Shown one piece after another: positions 1 through 15,201 of a DNA stretch of 64,000 bases. The position numbers and the translations under genes were made by a program. Location of the stretch: NCBI RefSeq assembly GCF_006345805.1, contig NC_043008.1, forward strand, positions 28,892,001-28,956,000, given 5' to 3'. Position 1 is the first letter of the stretch. Every line of letters starts with the position of its first letter. Below the pieces are notes generated by a model. It was not told where the DNA came from, made no database searches, and saw nothing but the letters and a program-made list of their open reading frames with translations. This DNA is from Octopus sinensis (lineage: Eukaryota).

Positions 1-362
1 TACGTTTGCAGGCGCTGGTGATTGTGATACTATTGCTGTGCAATATATAAACAAATATTGTATTTAAAAAGAGAGAAAAAGATGTAAATTACACGGTCGT
101 ATAACCGAGAATCTGAAATTGAATACGAATTCAATTGTGTTGTCATTACGATAAACAATCTCTTTAGATCTATCGATGTGTCTATTAGGAAATAATTTCT
201 TTGTTTACTAATACTATGAAAGTAAATAAAATAAATATAACATAAACTAATTAGGATCGGAAAGTCATTTCTAATACCTAAAATATAAATTACATACATA
301 TGTAATTTATATATCTGCGTGTGATTGAAATTTGTATGTATATGTGTCTGAAAGAGACATAA

Positions 363-655
<293 letters not shown>

Positions 656-1624
656 AAGACACACATACAGAGAGAGGCTACGAGGGACAGATGGCTATAT
701 AAACATATATTAACACGCACATATACATGTATTAGTACATTTACATACATCCACACATATCTATGTGTGTGTTTACATAACACCGTATGTATATTTTCAT
801 GTAGATATACGTATTACGTTTGTATTTCACTAATAATCTTACTTCACTGAAGGAGACATCAAAATAAACAACAGCTTTCTTATGAGATAAAAGCCGTTAT
901 TACTTTTAGATATGCTGTCCAATGTCTTTGTACATGTACTACAATATATCAGCTTTCTGTATCTACGATAAATAATTACCATTTGTTACAGATATTACAA
1001 TGAGTGCAACCATACTTGAAGAATGAGATTGGATAGTGGTCATAAAATTCTTACATTACTTCCTTGTTTCCAGCATTAGGTTGTGTTCATGCTGGAGCAC
1101 AGCTTCCAATAATTTTTAACCCAATAAAGCGACCCCAATATCTATCTTATTTTAATCTTGGTACTTATTCTATCGTACTCTTGGGGAACTAATGGGATAT
1201 GCAGAAGTAAACAATCCAAAAGAGGCTGTGAAGCCGTTGTTGAGGAGAAGCACAGACACAAAGTCACACACACGCATGCAACGAACTGACACTCGTGCAC
1301 ACACACGCCCGCACACACAATCATAGGCACACTCATATTTCATGAGTATATTTCTGTGTATATATAACTACTGCGAAAAAAACATGATTTTTATTGAAAT
1401 CCTAATACATTTTGGGAAATATTTTCTTAAATACTTTCTTCTAAACTGTTTTTAACACTTTATTATTCTTATCAAAGAATGTATATATACATTTTAATAA
1501 CATATGGCACCCAGTATTGAAACACAACAAAGCTTTACATTTTACTTTTGACAATCTTTTTCTAAAAATTGAAACCGGTCAAGTGAATAAACTTCTTTAA
1601 AGTTGCATTTTCAAACCTTCTTTC

Positions 1625-1657
<33 letters not shown>

Positions 1658-1800
1658 ATATATATACACACACAGGCACACACGCATACACTCACACACA
1701 CACTCACACACACACACACACACACACATACACATATATATATATACATATAAATATATATATTACTCCATTAGTTTGTTACATGTTTTAGTTACTTGAG

Positions 1801-2149
1801 TGTAACCATGCTGGAGCACCGTCGTTTAGTCGAAGAAATGGACCCCTAGATTTATTCTTTGTAAGCATTTTGCCATTTCTATCGATATATTTTGCTGAGG
1901 CACTAGGTTACGCGGACGTAAACACAAAAACCTCGGCTCTAAGCGTTAGGTTGTGTAACAACAGAGACACAAATGCATACACATAAATATATACATTTAG
2001 AGGACCGACTTCTTTCAGTTACCGTCAACTAAATCAACTGACATGGCTTTGGTCGAACCAAGGCTACAGTAGTAGTTACATGACCACAAACTGAACGCGA
2101 AATCATACGATTGGGAAGGACGATTCTTAACACGAGCCACGCTCGCACC

Positions 2150-2150
<1 letters not shown>
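1801..2150 (-). mobile_element. tRNA-derived SINE, decayed; same family as the split copy at 31626/33676
   Basis: ccatgctggagcacc ... ggctttggtcgaaccaaggctacagtagtag ... ttcttaacacgagccacgctcgcacc; part of it is the reverse complement of the body at 33690-33800. Confidence 0.75.
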
Positions 2151-2218
<68 letters not shown>

Positions 2219-2229
2219 CATTTATGTAC

Positions 2230-2291
<62 letters not shown>

Positions 2292-2926
2292 CTAGCAGTA
2301 TCGCCCGGCGTTGCTCGGGTTTGTAAGGGAAATAACTATATAAGCATTTTTAGAGAGTTATAGCCAAAAAATAGCAAAAAATGCATTAAAAATGGAAAAA
2401 ATATGATGGTAATTTTTTTTTAAATCGTTGACTCATCGTAGACATTTTTAGAGAGTTACTTCCCTTATATAATAGCGAAAAAATGCATTAAAATGGAAAA
2501 AAACGATGGTAATCTTTTTTTTAAATCGTAGACTCATGTAGACGCTTTCTTAGCCATTTATGTTTTGGTGTCTTCAAGCCATGAAGTCGTTGTTCTAAAA
2601 GAACGCTGGTCTCCTTGACAACGCATTACGACGTTGATTTCCTTACACTCCCTTCCCCACAGGTGCATGTGTGAGCGTGGACGCCAACTCCGCCGCCATC
2701 GACACACGAAAAATTATGCATTAAAAATGGAATAAAAATGATGTTAAATTATTTTTAAATCGTAGACTAATCGTAGACGCGCGCTAGTACTCAGACGGGC
2801 TCGATATGAATCAACGACTATAAGCTACCCGAATTTGGTTAAACTGCACCGCAAAATGTGGGAGTAGTTAGGAATCTAAATCGAAGGGGACAGACACTCA
2901 CACAACTACATTTTTATATATATAGA
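2292..2926 (-). mobile_element. Non-autonomous Helitron
   Basis: Minus strand reads A|TCTATATATATAAAA at the 5' end and hairpin cccgagcaacgccggg then cgatactgCTAG|T at the 3' end; no TSD; homologous to 15436-16339. Confidence 0.85.
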
Positions 2927-3000
2927 TATACATAGCGCAGTAGTGGTGAGATGTGACAGCAAAGAAAGCATACATTCACTCTCTGCATGCAATTAGACTC

Positions 3001-3530
3001 GGAAAGTTCGTGAGGAACCCATTGACCCAATTTGCTGACTTTCCGATAGCACACAGGTCTCAATGAATGGTTGAATGACCAAATCCAAGCTTCTCTGCTA
3101 GTTCCTCAACAGTTACGATGAGATTTTGTTCCACCAGGGTTTTCAGGATGTCCTTGTCGAGTTCTACAGATCTTTCAGGATAAAGCTCGTCTTCTAGGCT
3201 GTAGTTTATGGCTCGGAATTTCTGGAACACCATTGACACTGCCTTACGCTTATTGTCCAATCCCCATATACTGCATTAATATTTCTTGTACTTTCCGTTG
3301 CGCTGTTGTCTTTATTGAACTCATAAAGCAAAATATGCCAAATATGCTCCTTTGTACTTCCAACATAGCTTTGAAAAAAATAGCTGTTAAAATCGAAATG
3401 CACTCTTCAAAACTTGCACTATGAATAAGGACAAGATAAATTACTACCTGCTTTTATAGCAAGTTAATATAAGTAGTTTATCCCATTCCCCTCTGACATT
3501 TAGTTCAAGCTGTTGAAAAAACCGCATTAT
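3001..3530 (-). mobile_element. mariner transposase relic (5' part)
   Basis: Frameshifted HTH region KEHIWHILLYEFNKDNSATESTRNINAVYG / VEELAEKLGFGHSTIH, then WVPHEL at 3004-3021; TIR-like taatgcggtttttt near 3515-3530. Confidence 0.88.
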
Positions 3531-3896
3531 TATATATATATACATACATACATACATACATACACACACACACTCTCTCTCACACACACATGCACACATT
3601 TATATTCTGTTATTCTTTTATATGTTTCAGCCTTGAGGTTGTGGCCATGCTGGATCATGTGTGTGTGTGTGTGTCTATCTGTCTGTCTGTATGTATGTAT
3701 ATATGTATATGTATGTGTGTGAACAATAATATTTTCAACAGATGTGTTGCAAATGTATCTGATTGTTCTGAAGCTTCAATACTGTGTGTGTGTTAATGTG
3801 TGTGTGTGTATGTATGTATGTATATGTATGTATGTATATGTGTGTATGTATGTGTGTATGTATGTATGTGTGTGTGTATGTATGTATGTGTGTGTA

Positions 3897-3927
<31 letters not shown>

Positions 3928-4516
3928 ATGTATGTATGAGTGTATGTTTACTTATTTAAACACAAGCCATACGGTTATTATTAATGTAAAGTCTTCCTCA
4001 AATCACTCTCTCTTGCTATTTACTCTCTTCCAAGAACATTTTCACTCATTCTTATGTCTTAGCTTCCCATACATTTTACTCATGTATCTATCAGCGTCAT
4101 AGACAGAAACAAATATTATATCGCCATCGTCACCGCATTCTATTGTCTACCTGTCAACACACTGAATTACTTTCACTTTATTCGTAGCACACTGTGTGTG
4201 TGCGTTTGCGTGTGCTGTAAACCAGACTAATAAAAGCATTTGACATACACACCAGAATGTGAGTTTTCTGTAAATTTTGCTTAATTGGAGTTTAAATTTT
4301 AAAAACTGGACCTGGCATGACCCGATGCATTCTACTCTTAAAAGTGCTAGGTAAATTGTAATTGAAGAAATCCTATATTGTAGATTTCTATAAGATAGAA
4401 AGGGAGGCAGATAAAATCTGCCTTTTATAATAAGAGAGTTATATGCATATATATATATCTATAAAGAAACATATTCATTCATACATATATATATTTATAT
4501 ATATATATATATATTA

Positions 4517-4863
<347 letters not shown>

Positions 4864-4947
4864 ATAATATATATATATTATATATATATATATATATAAG
4901 TATTTATATATCGATATATACACAAATACATATATATACACACACAT

Positions 4948-6180
4948 TCATGGTTTGGACAAAATAATGGAAAAAACCAAGCATCATAGCATCATAATTT
5001 TGAAATATCTATAAACCGTGGAAACGTTGTTTATTTTTATGCTTTTTGATTTATTATTAGTGTTGCTTAATATATTTTGCTACAATTGGTGTCTCTTTAC
5101 AGATATCATCAGAAAAAGCTAATTAAAATCCGTTAACATTACAGATCTATCGGACTTTTAAAGAGGTCAATCCGCTGCTGCTCGTATTGCAGGCGCTGGC
5201 TTAACAAAAATAGCTGAAATGTTTGGTGTATCAAGGAGTACCGTTTCGAAAGTAATGACAGCTTTTGAGAAATAGGGAAAGACATTCTCGTTGAGTCAAA
5301 ACTCCGGAAGAAAACCAAAACCTTCAGATAGGGACCACCAGACATTTATGCAAAGAAAGGAATACAAAAGTACAACTCCCAAAATTACTGTAGAGCTTAA
5401 TGACCACCTCGAGAACCCAGTTTCCACGAAAGATTTCGCCGGTAGCCTCACAAAGCCAGACTTCACAGGGGCGCTGCAAACAGAATACCACTAGTTTCAA
5501 AAACAAACGTTGCAAAGCATTTGGAATAGAATAAAAACCTACAGAATTGATCCCTAGAGCAGTGGAAGAACGTTATTTTCTCGGACGAATAATCCTTTAC
5601 ATTAATTCAGACCAACGGCTGAGTATACGTGTGGAGACCTCCATAAGAAGCATCTGACCCAGACTGCCTTTTTCCATCTGACTGTGAATTATCGAGGAGG
5701 ATCTGTGGGGATCTGGAGGTGGGGCTGTATCTTGGAAATCCGCCGGTCCAGTGGTTTCTCTTCATGGCAGAAATAATAGTGAGGACTCTTTAAGCATTTT
5801 ATCTGAACAAAACCATTCTGTTTGTGGAATACACCAATTCACACAGCTAAAGTTGTTACGTACTGGAACGAGGATCATTGTAATGAAGCTCAACATCTTA
5901 CCTAACCACCATATTCCGTAGATCTCAATAATATTGAACGTTTATCGTGCATTTTAGAAAAGCAAGTAAAGAGTCGATATCCCGCAGCATCATCACTACA
6001 AGGACTGGATGGTCATTTAGCTAAACAATAGACAAAAATTCCTTTGCAAACAATTCAAGCATTGTACACGTCTTTAACTCTTAGAATTCAAGCTGTAATT
6101 AAAATCAAAAGTGGTCCTACACCACATTAAAATAAATTTCTTCAGGGTTTAAGGTGTGTCCATTATTTTGTCCAACTCTG
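4948..6180 (+). mobile_element. Tc1-family DNA transposon, near full length, decayed transposase
   Basis: TIRs ttggacaaaataatgga / tccattattttgtccaa, right end ctg|TA; DLSDFKRGQ...IAEMFGVSRSTVSKVM, NSGRKPK and IFSDE motifs with stops and frameshifts. Confidence 0.9.
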
Positions 6181-6190
6181 TAGATACACA

Positions 6191-6258
<68 letters not shown>

Positions 6259-6455
6259 GATGATAATAAAGTAAGAGAACAAAACGAACCAGTGGTTTAC
6301 GCGAAGGCTGTTCATCATTTTGTTCTCTTACTTTATTATCATCCTATAATCATCTCATAATAATGACCTTTATGACTCGTATTACTACATCAGTCAATCT
6401 AAATGTATATATTGTCACTACCTGTCATAAAGAGCCTTTTTCTATTTGCAATATT
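6259..6455 (-). repeat. Interspersed repeat with a terminal perfect 26-bp inverted duplication
   Basis: 6259-6284 is the exact reverse complement of 6318-6343; 6318-6455 (minus) aligns with about 50410-50535 (plus). Confidence 0.8.
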
Positions 6456-6469
6456 CATTTTCGTTGATT

Positions 6470-6593
<124 letters not shown>

Positions 6594-7462
6594 ATATACA
6601 TAAATATATATATATATACATATATATGTACACATATACATATATACATATGCATACATATACATATATACATTATTATATATAGAGAGATATTATTGTT
6701 TCACGTTTGACACGTAATACTGAAATAGCTTACGACGTAAGAGATCGCTACGTAAGTCACGTGTAGAATTTGAATCAAATTAGTCAGGTAGTTCTAGAAT
6801 TTAATGATGCAAATATATACAGTTCGACAGACAGACTGACATATTAGTCATATATATATATATATATATATATACAAATGAATATTGTTACGTATCGCAC
6901 GAGTGAAAATATACAGCGAAGAGGATTTGAAAATGTAAAGATCTTTTAAAGATGTTTATTGACATCACCGGTTTAACTTATTTTAAAAAGAGGTTTTCAA
7001 AGGTTAAATGTAAGACTTTGTTTAGCCTTTCTGGTTTTAAAAATATGGTTAACATAGATGTATAAAAACATACGTTGGTAGAGTATTTTACAATAATAAC
7101 AAAATGTTAAGAGGTTCTTTGTGTTTAAAGTGTATACATGAAAGTGTTCAAAATATGTAGGAAAATTAATTCATAATTATTTATAAGTTCATCAATATTC
7201 ATGATTGTATATAAGCATATATAGAGAATGAATATGTTGATAGTATTTGATAGGGAAAAAAACGTGTATTGCTTAGTGAAAACTTCATCAGAAATTACAT
7301 TTTGATATTTATACAGAATTTTAGCAGAATAACCAAGCTTTTTTCTTGACTAAAAAAGGCAGCTAGGACACAATAGCCTCGTAAGCAGACCTAGTGCAAA
7401 TAAGATTAGGATATGGGAACCGTATTAGGTTTATAAGCTCTACACATTCATTCTATGATTGC

Positions 7463-7710
7463 CCACGAGCATATAGCGTAATGGTTAAGTGTGCGAGCTA
7501 CTAGCTCCAAGAGTGCGAGCTCAATTCCAGGCAGTGGAATTGAACAAATAATGGTAATAAATAATGATAATAAATTCAGCGAAAAGAAAGGAAGGAGAAC
7601 CCAGCGTTGGGTTCAAAATTGTACCAGGACACCTGATGAAGACTAGAGAGTATATCACCTGAAATGTGGTAACAATAAATTAGATGCGGACACATCTCCA
7701 TCTCAAAAAT
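7463..7710 (+). mobile_element. tRNA-headed SINE-like element followed by a decayed hammerhead motif
   Basis: A box TAGCGTAATGG 7474-7484; B-box-like gagctcaattcc 7517-7528; acacCTGATGAa...GAAAtgtggt at 7629-7670. Confidence 0.55.
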
Positions 7711-9702
7711 ATAGAATAGTAATATTAAGAAATGAACCAGTAATTCATTGTTATTAATGAATCAGTAATCTACAATCCCTTTTTTGAATGATAGAGTTCG
7801 AATTGATAGTAGTATATTCCATAAAATACGCAGGAATTGTAGCTGAGTTACATAGCATGTATGGAATTTACCGTAGTTTATAACAGTTCATGTTCCATTG
7901 TAAGGTATATAGTGGTATAATTGTCACTTAACTGCATGCTTACAAATGTGAGTGCACATGCACCCAGAATTACGAATCAAAGCAAGTGTTTTTCGATCAG
8001 ACAGAAATTCGAAACAGCTATGTAATGTCCACAATTAACCAATTGATGTTGAGTTGATATGTCTTCGTCTTTCATAAGACTAAATGAAATATCAGACTAA
8101 AATGAATTGTGGCCTTCAAGTGTATACTGGTGCAATATATAATTATAGCTAACACAGATAGTTATCATATACGAGTTAAGCATTAGGAGAGAAGCTGTAG
8201 CATTGACGATCTGAAGTAAAATTTATTAGAGTAAAAATTCAATTGACGACGACTGTAATTACTAAGACTTTTAAATAGAGAGATATTGCGAAACATATCG
8301 AAATCTCAGTTCAAAATATTTTAGTTAATTTGCTCCATTCTAAGTGAAAAGAAATGGAAGAATAATTAAAATAATCTCTTTCTATCTTTGTGTTTATTTC
8401 TGTTATTTTAATAGAACAGAACTCGGATTTTCTATAACAGGAAACCTTAATAACAACTGAATTTTAATGTGATCCACTTAATTGCTTTGGTTTATCTGAA
8501 AATAATGATGTTATCAAATTAAAAAATATATTATGATTTAAAATTTGAAGAAAAACAATAATAGAATCTAGAACATTATATTTGAAGGCCTTCTACTGTC
8601 GTCTTATATTGAAATATAAATTATATGTGTTTAAATTTCAGATTAATGTCAAAAATATAGCTTTTTGTTATGATACGTATCTACATCAGGAGATTGCGCC
8701 AAATATATCTATTTAATTTCCACTAAATATATCAGTTTTATGAATGCTTATACTGAGCGATAATAAGTGTTTAAGTTCCCTGCAAATCACTAATAACTTC
8801 CTGAGATTTTTCAACTTATCTTGGAATTATTTTGTTCTGATTTAGGTCAATAGGGGAGCTACCATAATTCCTAATTGGATGCATCAAATTATTCGATTCT
8901 ATGCTATTCATATCTTTGGAGAAACTATCTATCTATATATACATGTACACATGAATACGTACACATATATATACGCATGCATACGTACATACATATAGCG
9001 CACTAAATATGCTCTGCTTTACTTTATACCTGTATACATATAGGTGCGTACGTATGTGTGCATGTGTGCGCGCTTCAGAACTAACGTTTAATTCCTAACT
9101 TGTAATGCTGGAAACATTTCTCTGTTATCTCCCTTTAATTAACAACAACCCCACCTGGGTAAAGCTGCTTTCCCTAAGGAAACATTCAACTTAATTTATT
9201 TACTGACGCTATGTAAAAAATTACGTGATACATGTGAGCGTACACGTGAAAAAATATATATAACAAATGTGTAATTACTTTCTGTTCGAATTCGACTGAC
9301 GAATTATCTGTGCAACATCTCATAAACTCTTATCTATATATTTCTGTTATATACACGCCAAGGTGTCTGGAAAACAACGAAAGGAATCTATGGTATCGGA
9401 AAGCATTCTAAGAAAGCTATCGGGAAAGCTATCACCGCTACTCACATTGATTTTTTACATAGAAACCTCTTTGTAGCATGTTGTATTAAAAATCAATTGA
9501 TGTAAATAAGGAAGCGGATATTTGCACCCAGTTACTAGGGATTTATCTACAGCTCTATCAATATAGAAAGAGCTGCAACTAATTTCGATATTGGTATTTA
9601 ATGAAGCTAATTTTGAATTAAACTATTTTTAAAAGTAGCTTATCGCAAAAGAACGTGAATATGACAAACTTGTAGAAAACATTTTAATACTTTAATATTT
9701 GG

Positions 9703-9890
9703 AAGGCGGCATGCCAGCTGAAATCATTAGTGCACTAGGTAAAAGGGAATTTCGTCCGTCTTTTCTAAGTGCAAATTCCACTGAGCTCAACCTACCTTTC
9801 GGGGCCGATAAATTACATTCCGTTTTCGTACTGGTGTCGAAGTAATCGACTTACCTCCTCCGCCAAAATTGCTGGCCTTCTTCCAAAATA
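9703..9890 (+). mobile_element. SINE (aggcggc-head family), decayed
   Basis: Aligns with 44340-44550 and 46344-46567: aaattcc, ctttcggggccgataaa, gtaatcgactta, aaaattgctggcctt. Confidence 0.7.
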
Positions 9891-11944
9891 TGTCATGAAT
9901 ATTTGGAAGCTAATTTTCTGATAGGGCTATGAACGAGCGGGAATGTATATCAATTGGAGCAAATGAAACGTATTCCATCGTAATTTAATTAAAAACTAAC
10001 CGTCAACACTAAGAAAACGAAAACCACAAACTAATGAGGATTTCTGATCACTAAATTCAAAAAGGCTATTTCTCTCAGTTAATATACAAGATATCAATTC
10101 ATTGCAAAGAATGAGGCTATCGTGGAAGACAACTAGAAATATTGTTTCAAAGGTACGAAATATATGGTTTATATATATTCTAAATGAGGAACATTTATCT
10201 CCTCTAGCAAGAAATGTAATTTATTCCTGATGAATATGCTTCAAATCACGCCAAGCATGGTTCATAAGACAAAAATCCATAGAAACATATGTTTTAAAAT
10301 TATATATAATGCTTGGATTAAAATACGTAATCCTAATTTTTATACTCATATTTTGCCTGTATGAAAAAAAGATGAAAATTTAGTCTGAATCCAGAAAGAG
10401 GCCTCATTTGTTTTCTCAGGTATTTAAAGCAATAAGGCAGAAACAAATATACTTAATATTCGAAACCCATCTAAAATAACAACAAAGTAAAAGAAAACAC
10501 AAACATTTCACTGCATCCACTTGGCTCAAATCTAAATCGCATATCACTCACTTCGTTCCAATATTGCTGTCTGGTATCACAAGCTGCGCTACAAAGTATA
10601 TGAGAGATGTAGAGACGAAGATGTAAGTCTACACAGTTAATATAGAACCTTTTAACGTACTATATTCTGTGTTACCGGTAAGTAAAAACTTGTTAATCAA
10701 TACTCACCAACACCCACAAAAATGTTAATATATTCTATTGATTACACAGTAACTGAACTATAAAGGTTGCGCATACTCAAATGTTTATCTTTATAAATTT
10801 TGGCTACGAGATTGGTTAAGTAACACCATCATTGACACAACTGATACCACTCATAAATTTTCTTACAGCTCCTCCAGAGTTTCTGCAGCAACCTGTCACA
10901 AAACAGGTCTAGATGAAACAGTGTGCTTCAAGAATGTACAGTAAAAATAAGTATTACCGACACACGAATCGACACACGTACGTTGGACTTCCTGAAAGAC
11001 TAGTAATGACAATATTCCGTTTAACGTTTTTGTCCCCACTGCGGTACTGTGCCCTCATTTTGTCCCCTCTATGTTAGAGCCTAAGTATTTGTTATAAAGA
11101 ATAAAATATTCGCGTTTGAAATATTTGAAATATTTGAAATAGTACCGAAAATATTCGGTATTACGAAAATATAAGATGAAGTAAACAACATATCGTTTGT
11201 AAGTTATCAAACACACATCTTTCATTAGAGGCAATACTTTTCAAAGGCTTAAGGCAAATTTACTCTCAATCTTCATCAAAGAAGGCTGGACTTTAAGACT
11301 CCACCAGCTGAAAACATTAGAGAGGCTCTAAGCTTCTAATGTCAAACTATATTGTCTATTGCCAACATTTTTCATGAACATCAAAGTGAAATTATGATTG
11401 ATTGATTGAAATCGAAACTCGGTTGTAGACAATAATTTGCTGATTTTGTTGAGATTTATTTTTAAATCCAAAGGAGAAATTCATTTCTCAGGTGTGATAA
11501 TTGATTTATGCTTGTTTGTTTTAAACACTTCGAATGAGATCCATTCATATATATTTATAAGTTACTCTGCTGAGATCGACCTTGTGCGCATGGTGGTGAA
11601 CAAATAACTTTTTATTACACCTAGTTGGAAAACTTACAGCCTGCCTTGTTTAATATGTGCAAATACACAAAGATTTGGCTTTTAATCTTATTGTTTAATT
11701 CATTACAATACAGCTATAGCAGGGCATCGACGGCAACACTTTGATCGCTCGTATTGATTCCAGTACTTTTTTTAAAATACGGTATTTAATTTTGTGTTTG
11801 TAATTATTGCACCGGTAATATAGGAGAAATCAATCGAGACACCGTTGTCTTAAGTTGCATCAAACAGCATCGGAGAAACAGCAATATACAAAAACAGAAA
11901 GCAAAGCACATACATCAGCATGCACACACGGCAGAAGTATGTGA

Positions 11945-12050
11945 GAAGGGGTTAAGTCGATTAAAACGACCCCAATATACAACTTGTCCTTATTTTCTCA
12001 ACCTTGAAATCACGTAAGAAAAAACCGTCGCCTGTGGAATTTCAACGCGT
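11945..12050 (-). mobile_element. SINE fragment, same family
   Basis: ttaagtcgattaaaacgacccc is the reverse complement of the family ggggtcg..taatcgacttaa block. Confidence 0.55.
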
Positions 12051-12059
12051 GTATGTGTA

Positions 12060-12116
<57 letters not shown>

Positions 12117-12140
12117 CATCATCCTCATCATCACCATCAC

Positions 12141-12185
<45 letters not shown>

Positions 12186-12248
12186 TATTATTATTATTAT
12201 TATTATTAATATTAATACCATCATCATCATCATCATCATCATTATCAT

Positions 12249-12294
<46 letters not shown>

Positions 12295-12365
12295 ATTATT
12301 ATTATCATTATTATTTTCATTATCATAATTATTATGATGATTATTATTATATTGTTATTGTTGTT
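12060..12365. repeat. Compound trinucleotide microsatellite (ATT)n-(ATC)n-(CTT)n
   Basis: Direct; explains the poly-I/L/M ORFs. Confidence 0.95.
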
Positions 12366-12679
12366 GCCTTTGCATAGCTCCTAACACTGGAGATGTACTA
12401 CAGTGTCAGTTATTCACTACGTTATTATTTTATATAATATGCTGTGTAAAAGGGACAAATACATAAAAGCAAATTTTACATGGTGAGGCTATGAGACCCC
12501 AGAAGTGTCAGCGTGTATTTTTTAGTGATTGAAAGTATGCAACGTTGGAACTGGTTCCGTATTACGTCTCAAATCACGAAAAACAAAAGTGAAAACCTCC
12601 ACGGAGGCAATTATAAATAGTTTCAGTTTTACATCGTTTCATTGTAATAGTTTCACTATGTATATGCATACATGTATGC

Positions 12680-12790
<111 letters not shown>

Positions 12791-13171
12791 CATACATATA
12801 TAAAATATTTGCATAAGTTAGAAGTTACGCGACCATCTAAGGAATAATAAATATTCAATATACTACTAGATATATATCTAATTATTTATAGCTAAATGCT
12901 TACTATTTCAGGGCAGTATTGCAGTTGAATACTAGGTATGAGTGGAGTAAAAACAGAAATTTACCGAGAATTTATAAGGCAAGTAAGAAATTAGGGATGT
13001 TATTCAATCGACAAACGCCATCCTGTAGATATTCATGTATATCTATTTATTAATTGATTATAATCATATGTATAAGTAATCGAAATAAGCAAATGAAATA
13101 AGCAAATAAACAATTAAGTAGATAAATAAAAATAAACAAATGAATAAGAAAAATGAGTGAAAAATACTAAA

Positions 13172-13316
13172 CTCTTACACCTGTTTCTACTATCGGGTTG
13201 CCCAATCTGCCAAGTTTTCCACATCATGTCAGTAATATACAGTGATTTTACAAAGGTTGAACAAACATAGGACAGGTGTTGGACAATGACTGAGCCCCAA
13301 AAGTTTCATCAGAGAG
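13172..13316 (-). ncRNA. Type I hammerhead motif, canonical core, long stem II insertion (copy 1)
   Basis: Minus strand: ctct CTGATGA a acttttggg ... cccgatagt a GAAA c aggt g T A agag; GUA cleavage triplet. Confidence 0.65.
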
Positions 13317-13921
13317 GCTATAATTTTAGGAATCTAACATGTGAAGTAAGGTAAAATATTAAAATAGAATAATAACTTAATAGATATAGTTAGGAATGGT
13401 TAAAACGTCAATTCCAAAGTTATATCCATAATCCATGCGATTATAGGTAAAGAAAAATCACTTCCAGGAGTAATTTCCACAGGTTATGAGAGCTACATCC
13501 TACTTCAATTTTACTGAGGGAACTAACCTGGGTATCACATAGCGGAGTTAGTTTAATGGATGTTCCATATCACAGGGGACAAAAGCTAGAGGCTAATCGC
13601 TATTTGATAGATCATCAGAAGAAGAATTGAGAAAGTTAACTAATGTGAACTTTTTTGAGAATAACCTTAGTATTTTTTTATTCATTTATTTTTATTCATT
13701 TGTTTATTTTGATTAGTTATACTAATGATTGTAATGAATTAATAAATAGATATAAATGAATGTCTACAGGCTGATGTTTGTTGATTTATTATCCAGACCA
13801 TTTTCTTAATTCATATATTATTACTTTATATGTTATTACCCTAGATATTATTTTCTTTATAAACAAATATGCATCTTACTAGTGTTTATATATTTACACA
13901 CACACACACATATATATATAC

Positions 13922-13977
<56 letters not shown>

Positions 13978-13982
13978 ATATA

Positions 13983-14014
<32 letters not shown>

Positions 14015-14395
14015 CATACATATATAAAATATTTGCATAAGTTAGAAGTTACGCGACCATCTAAGGAATAATAAATATTCAATATACTACTAGATATATA
14101 TCTAATTATTTATAGCTAAATGCTTACTATTTCAGGGCAGTATTGCAGTTGAATACTAGGTATGAGTGGAGTAAAAACAGAAATTTACCGAGAATTTATA
14201 AGGCAAGTAAGAAATTAGGGATGTTATTCAATCGACAAACGCCATCCTGTAGATATTCATGTATATCTATTTATTAATTGATTATAATCATATGTATAAG
14301 TAATCGAAATAAGCAAATGAAATAAGCAAATAAACAATTAAGTAGATAAATAAAAATAAACAAATGAATAAGAAAAATGAGTGAAAAATACTAAA

Positions 14396-14540
14396 CTCTT
14401 ACACCTGTTTCTACTATCGGGTTGCCCAATCTGCCAAGTTTTCCACATCATGTCAGTAATATACAGTGATTTTACAAAGGTTGAACAAACATAGGACAGG
14501 TGTTGGACAATGACTGAGCCCCAAAAGTTTCATCAGAGAG
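14396..14540 (-). ncRNA. Type I hammerhead motif (copy 2)
   Basis: Identical to 13172-13316, offset by 1224. Confidence 0.65.
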
Positions 14541-15164
14541 GCTATAATTTTAGGAATCTAACATGTGAAGTAAGGTAAAATATTAAAATAGAATAATAAC
14601 TTAATAGATATAGTTAGGAATGGTTAAAACGTCAATTCCAAAGTTATATCCATAATCCATGCGATTATAGGTAAAGAAAAATCACTTCCAGGAGTAATTT
14701 CCACAGGTTATGAGAGCTACATCCTACTTCAATTTTACTGAGGGAACTAACCTGGGTATCACATAGCGGAGTTAGTTTAATGGGATGTTCCATATCACAG
14801 GGGACAAAAGCTAGAGGCTAATCGCTATTTGATAGATCATCAGAAGAAGAATTGAGAAAGTTAACTAATGTGAACTTTTTTGAGAATAACCTTAGTATTT
14901 TTTTATTCATTTATTTATATTCATTTGTTTATTTTGATTAGTTATACTAATGATTGTAATGAATTAATAAATAGATATAAATGAATGTCTACAGGCTGAT
15001 GTTTGTTGATTTATTATCCAGACCATTTTCTTAATTCATATATTATTACTTTATATGTTATTACCCTAGATATTATTTTCTTTATAAACAAATATGCATC
15101 TTACTAGTGTTTATATATTTACACACACACACACATATATATATACATACATACATACATACAT

Positions 15165-15201
<37 letters not shown>

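Noticed and set aside
10222-10265. CTGATGA followed by a 7-bp stem
   Set aside because: No GAAA or UH follows; it is a simple hairpin (atgaatatgctt/aagcatggttcat).
10560-10985. Possible exons: donor aagat|gtaagt at 10622 and acceptor ttttcttacag|ctcctccagag at 10870, reading PPEFLQQPVTK like an Ig I-set start
   Set aside because: All three frames hit a stop within about 30 codons, and no consistent reading frame joins the two pieces.
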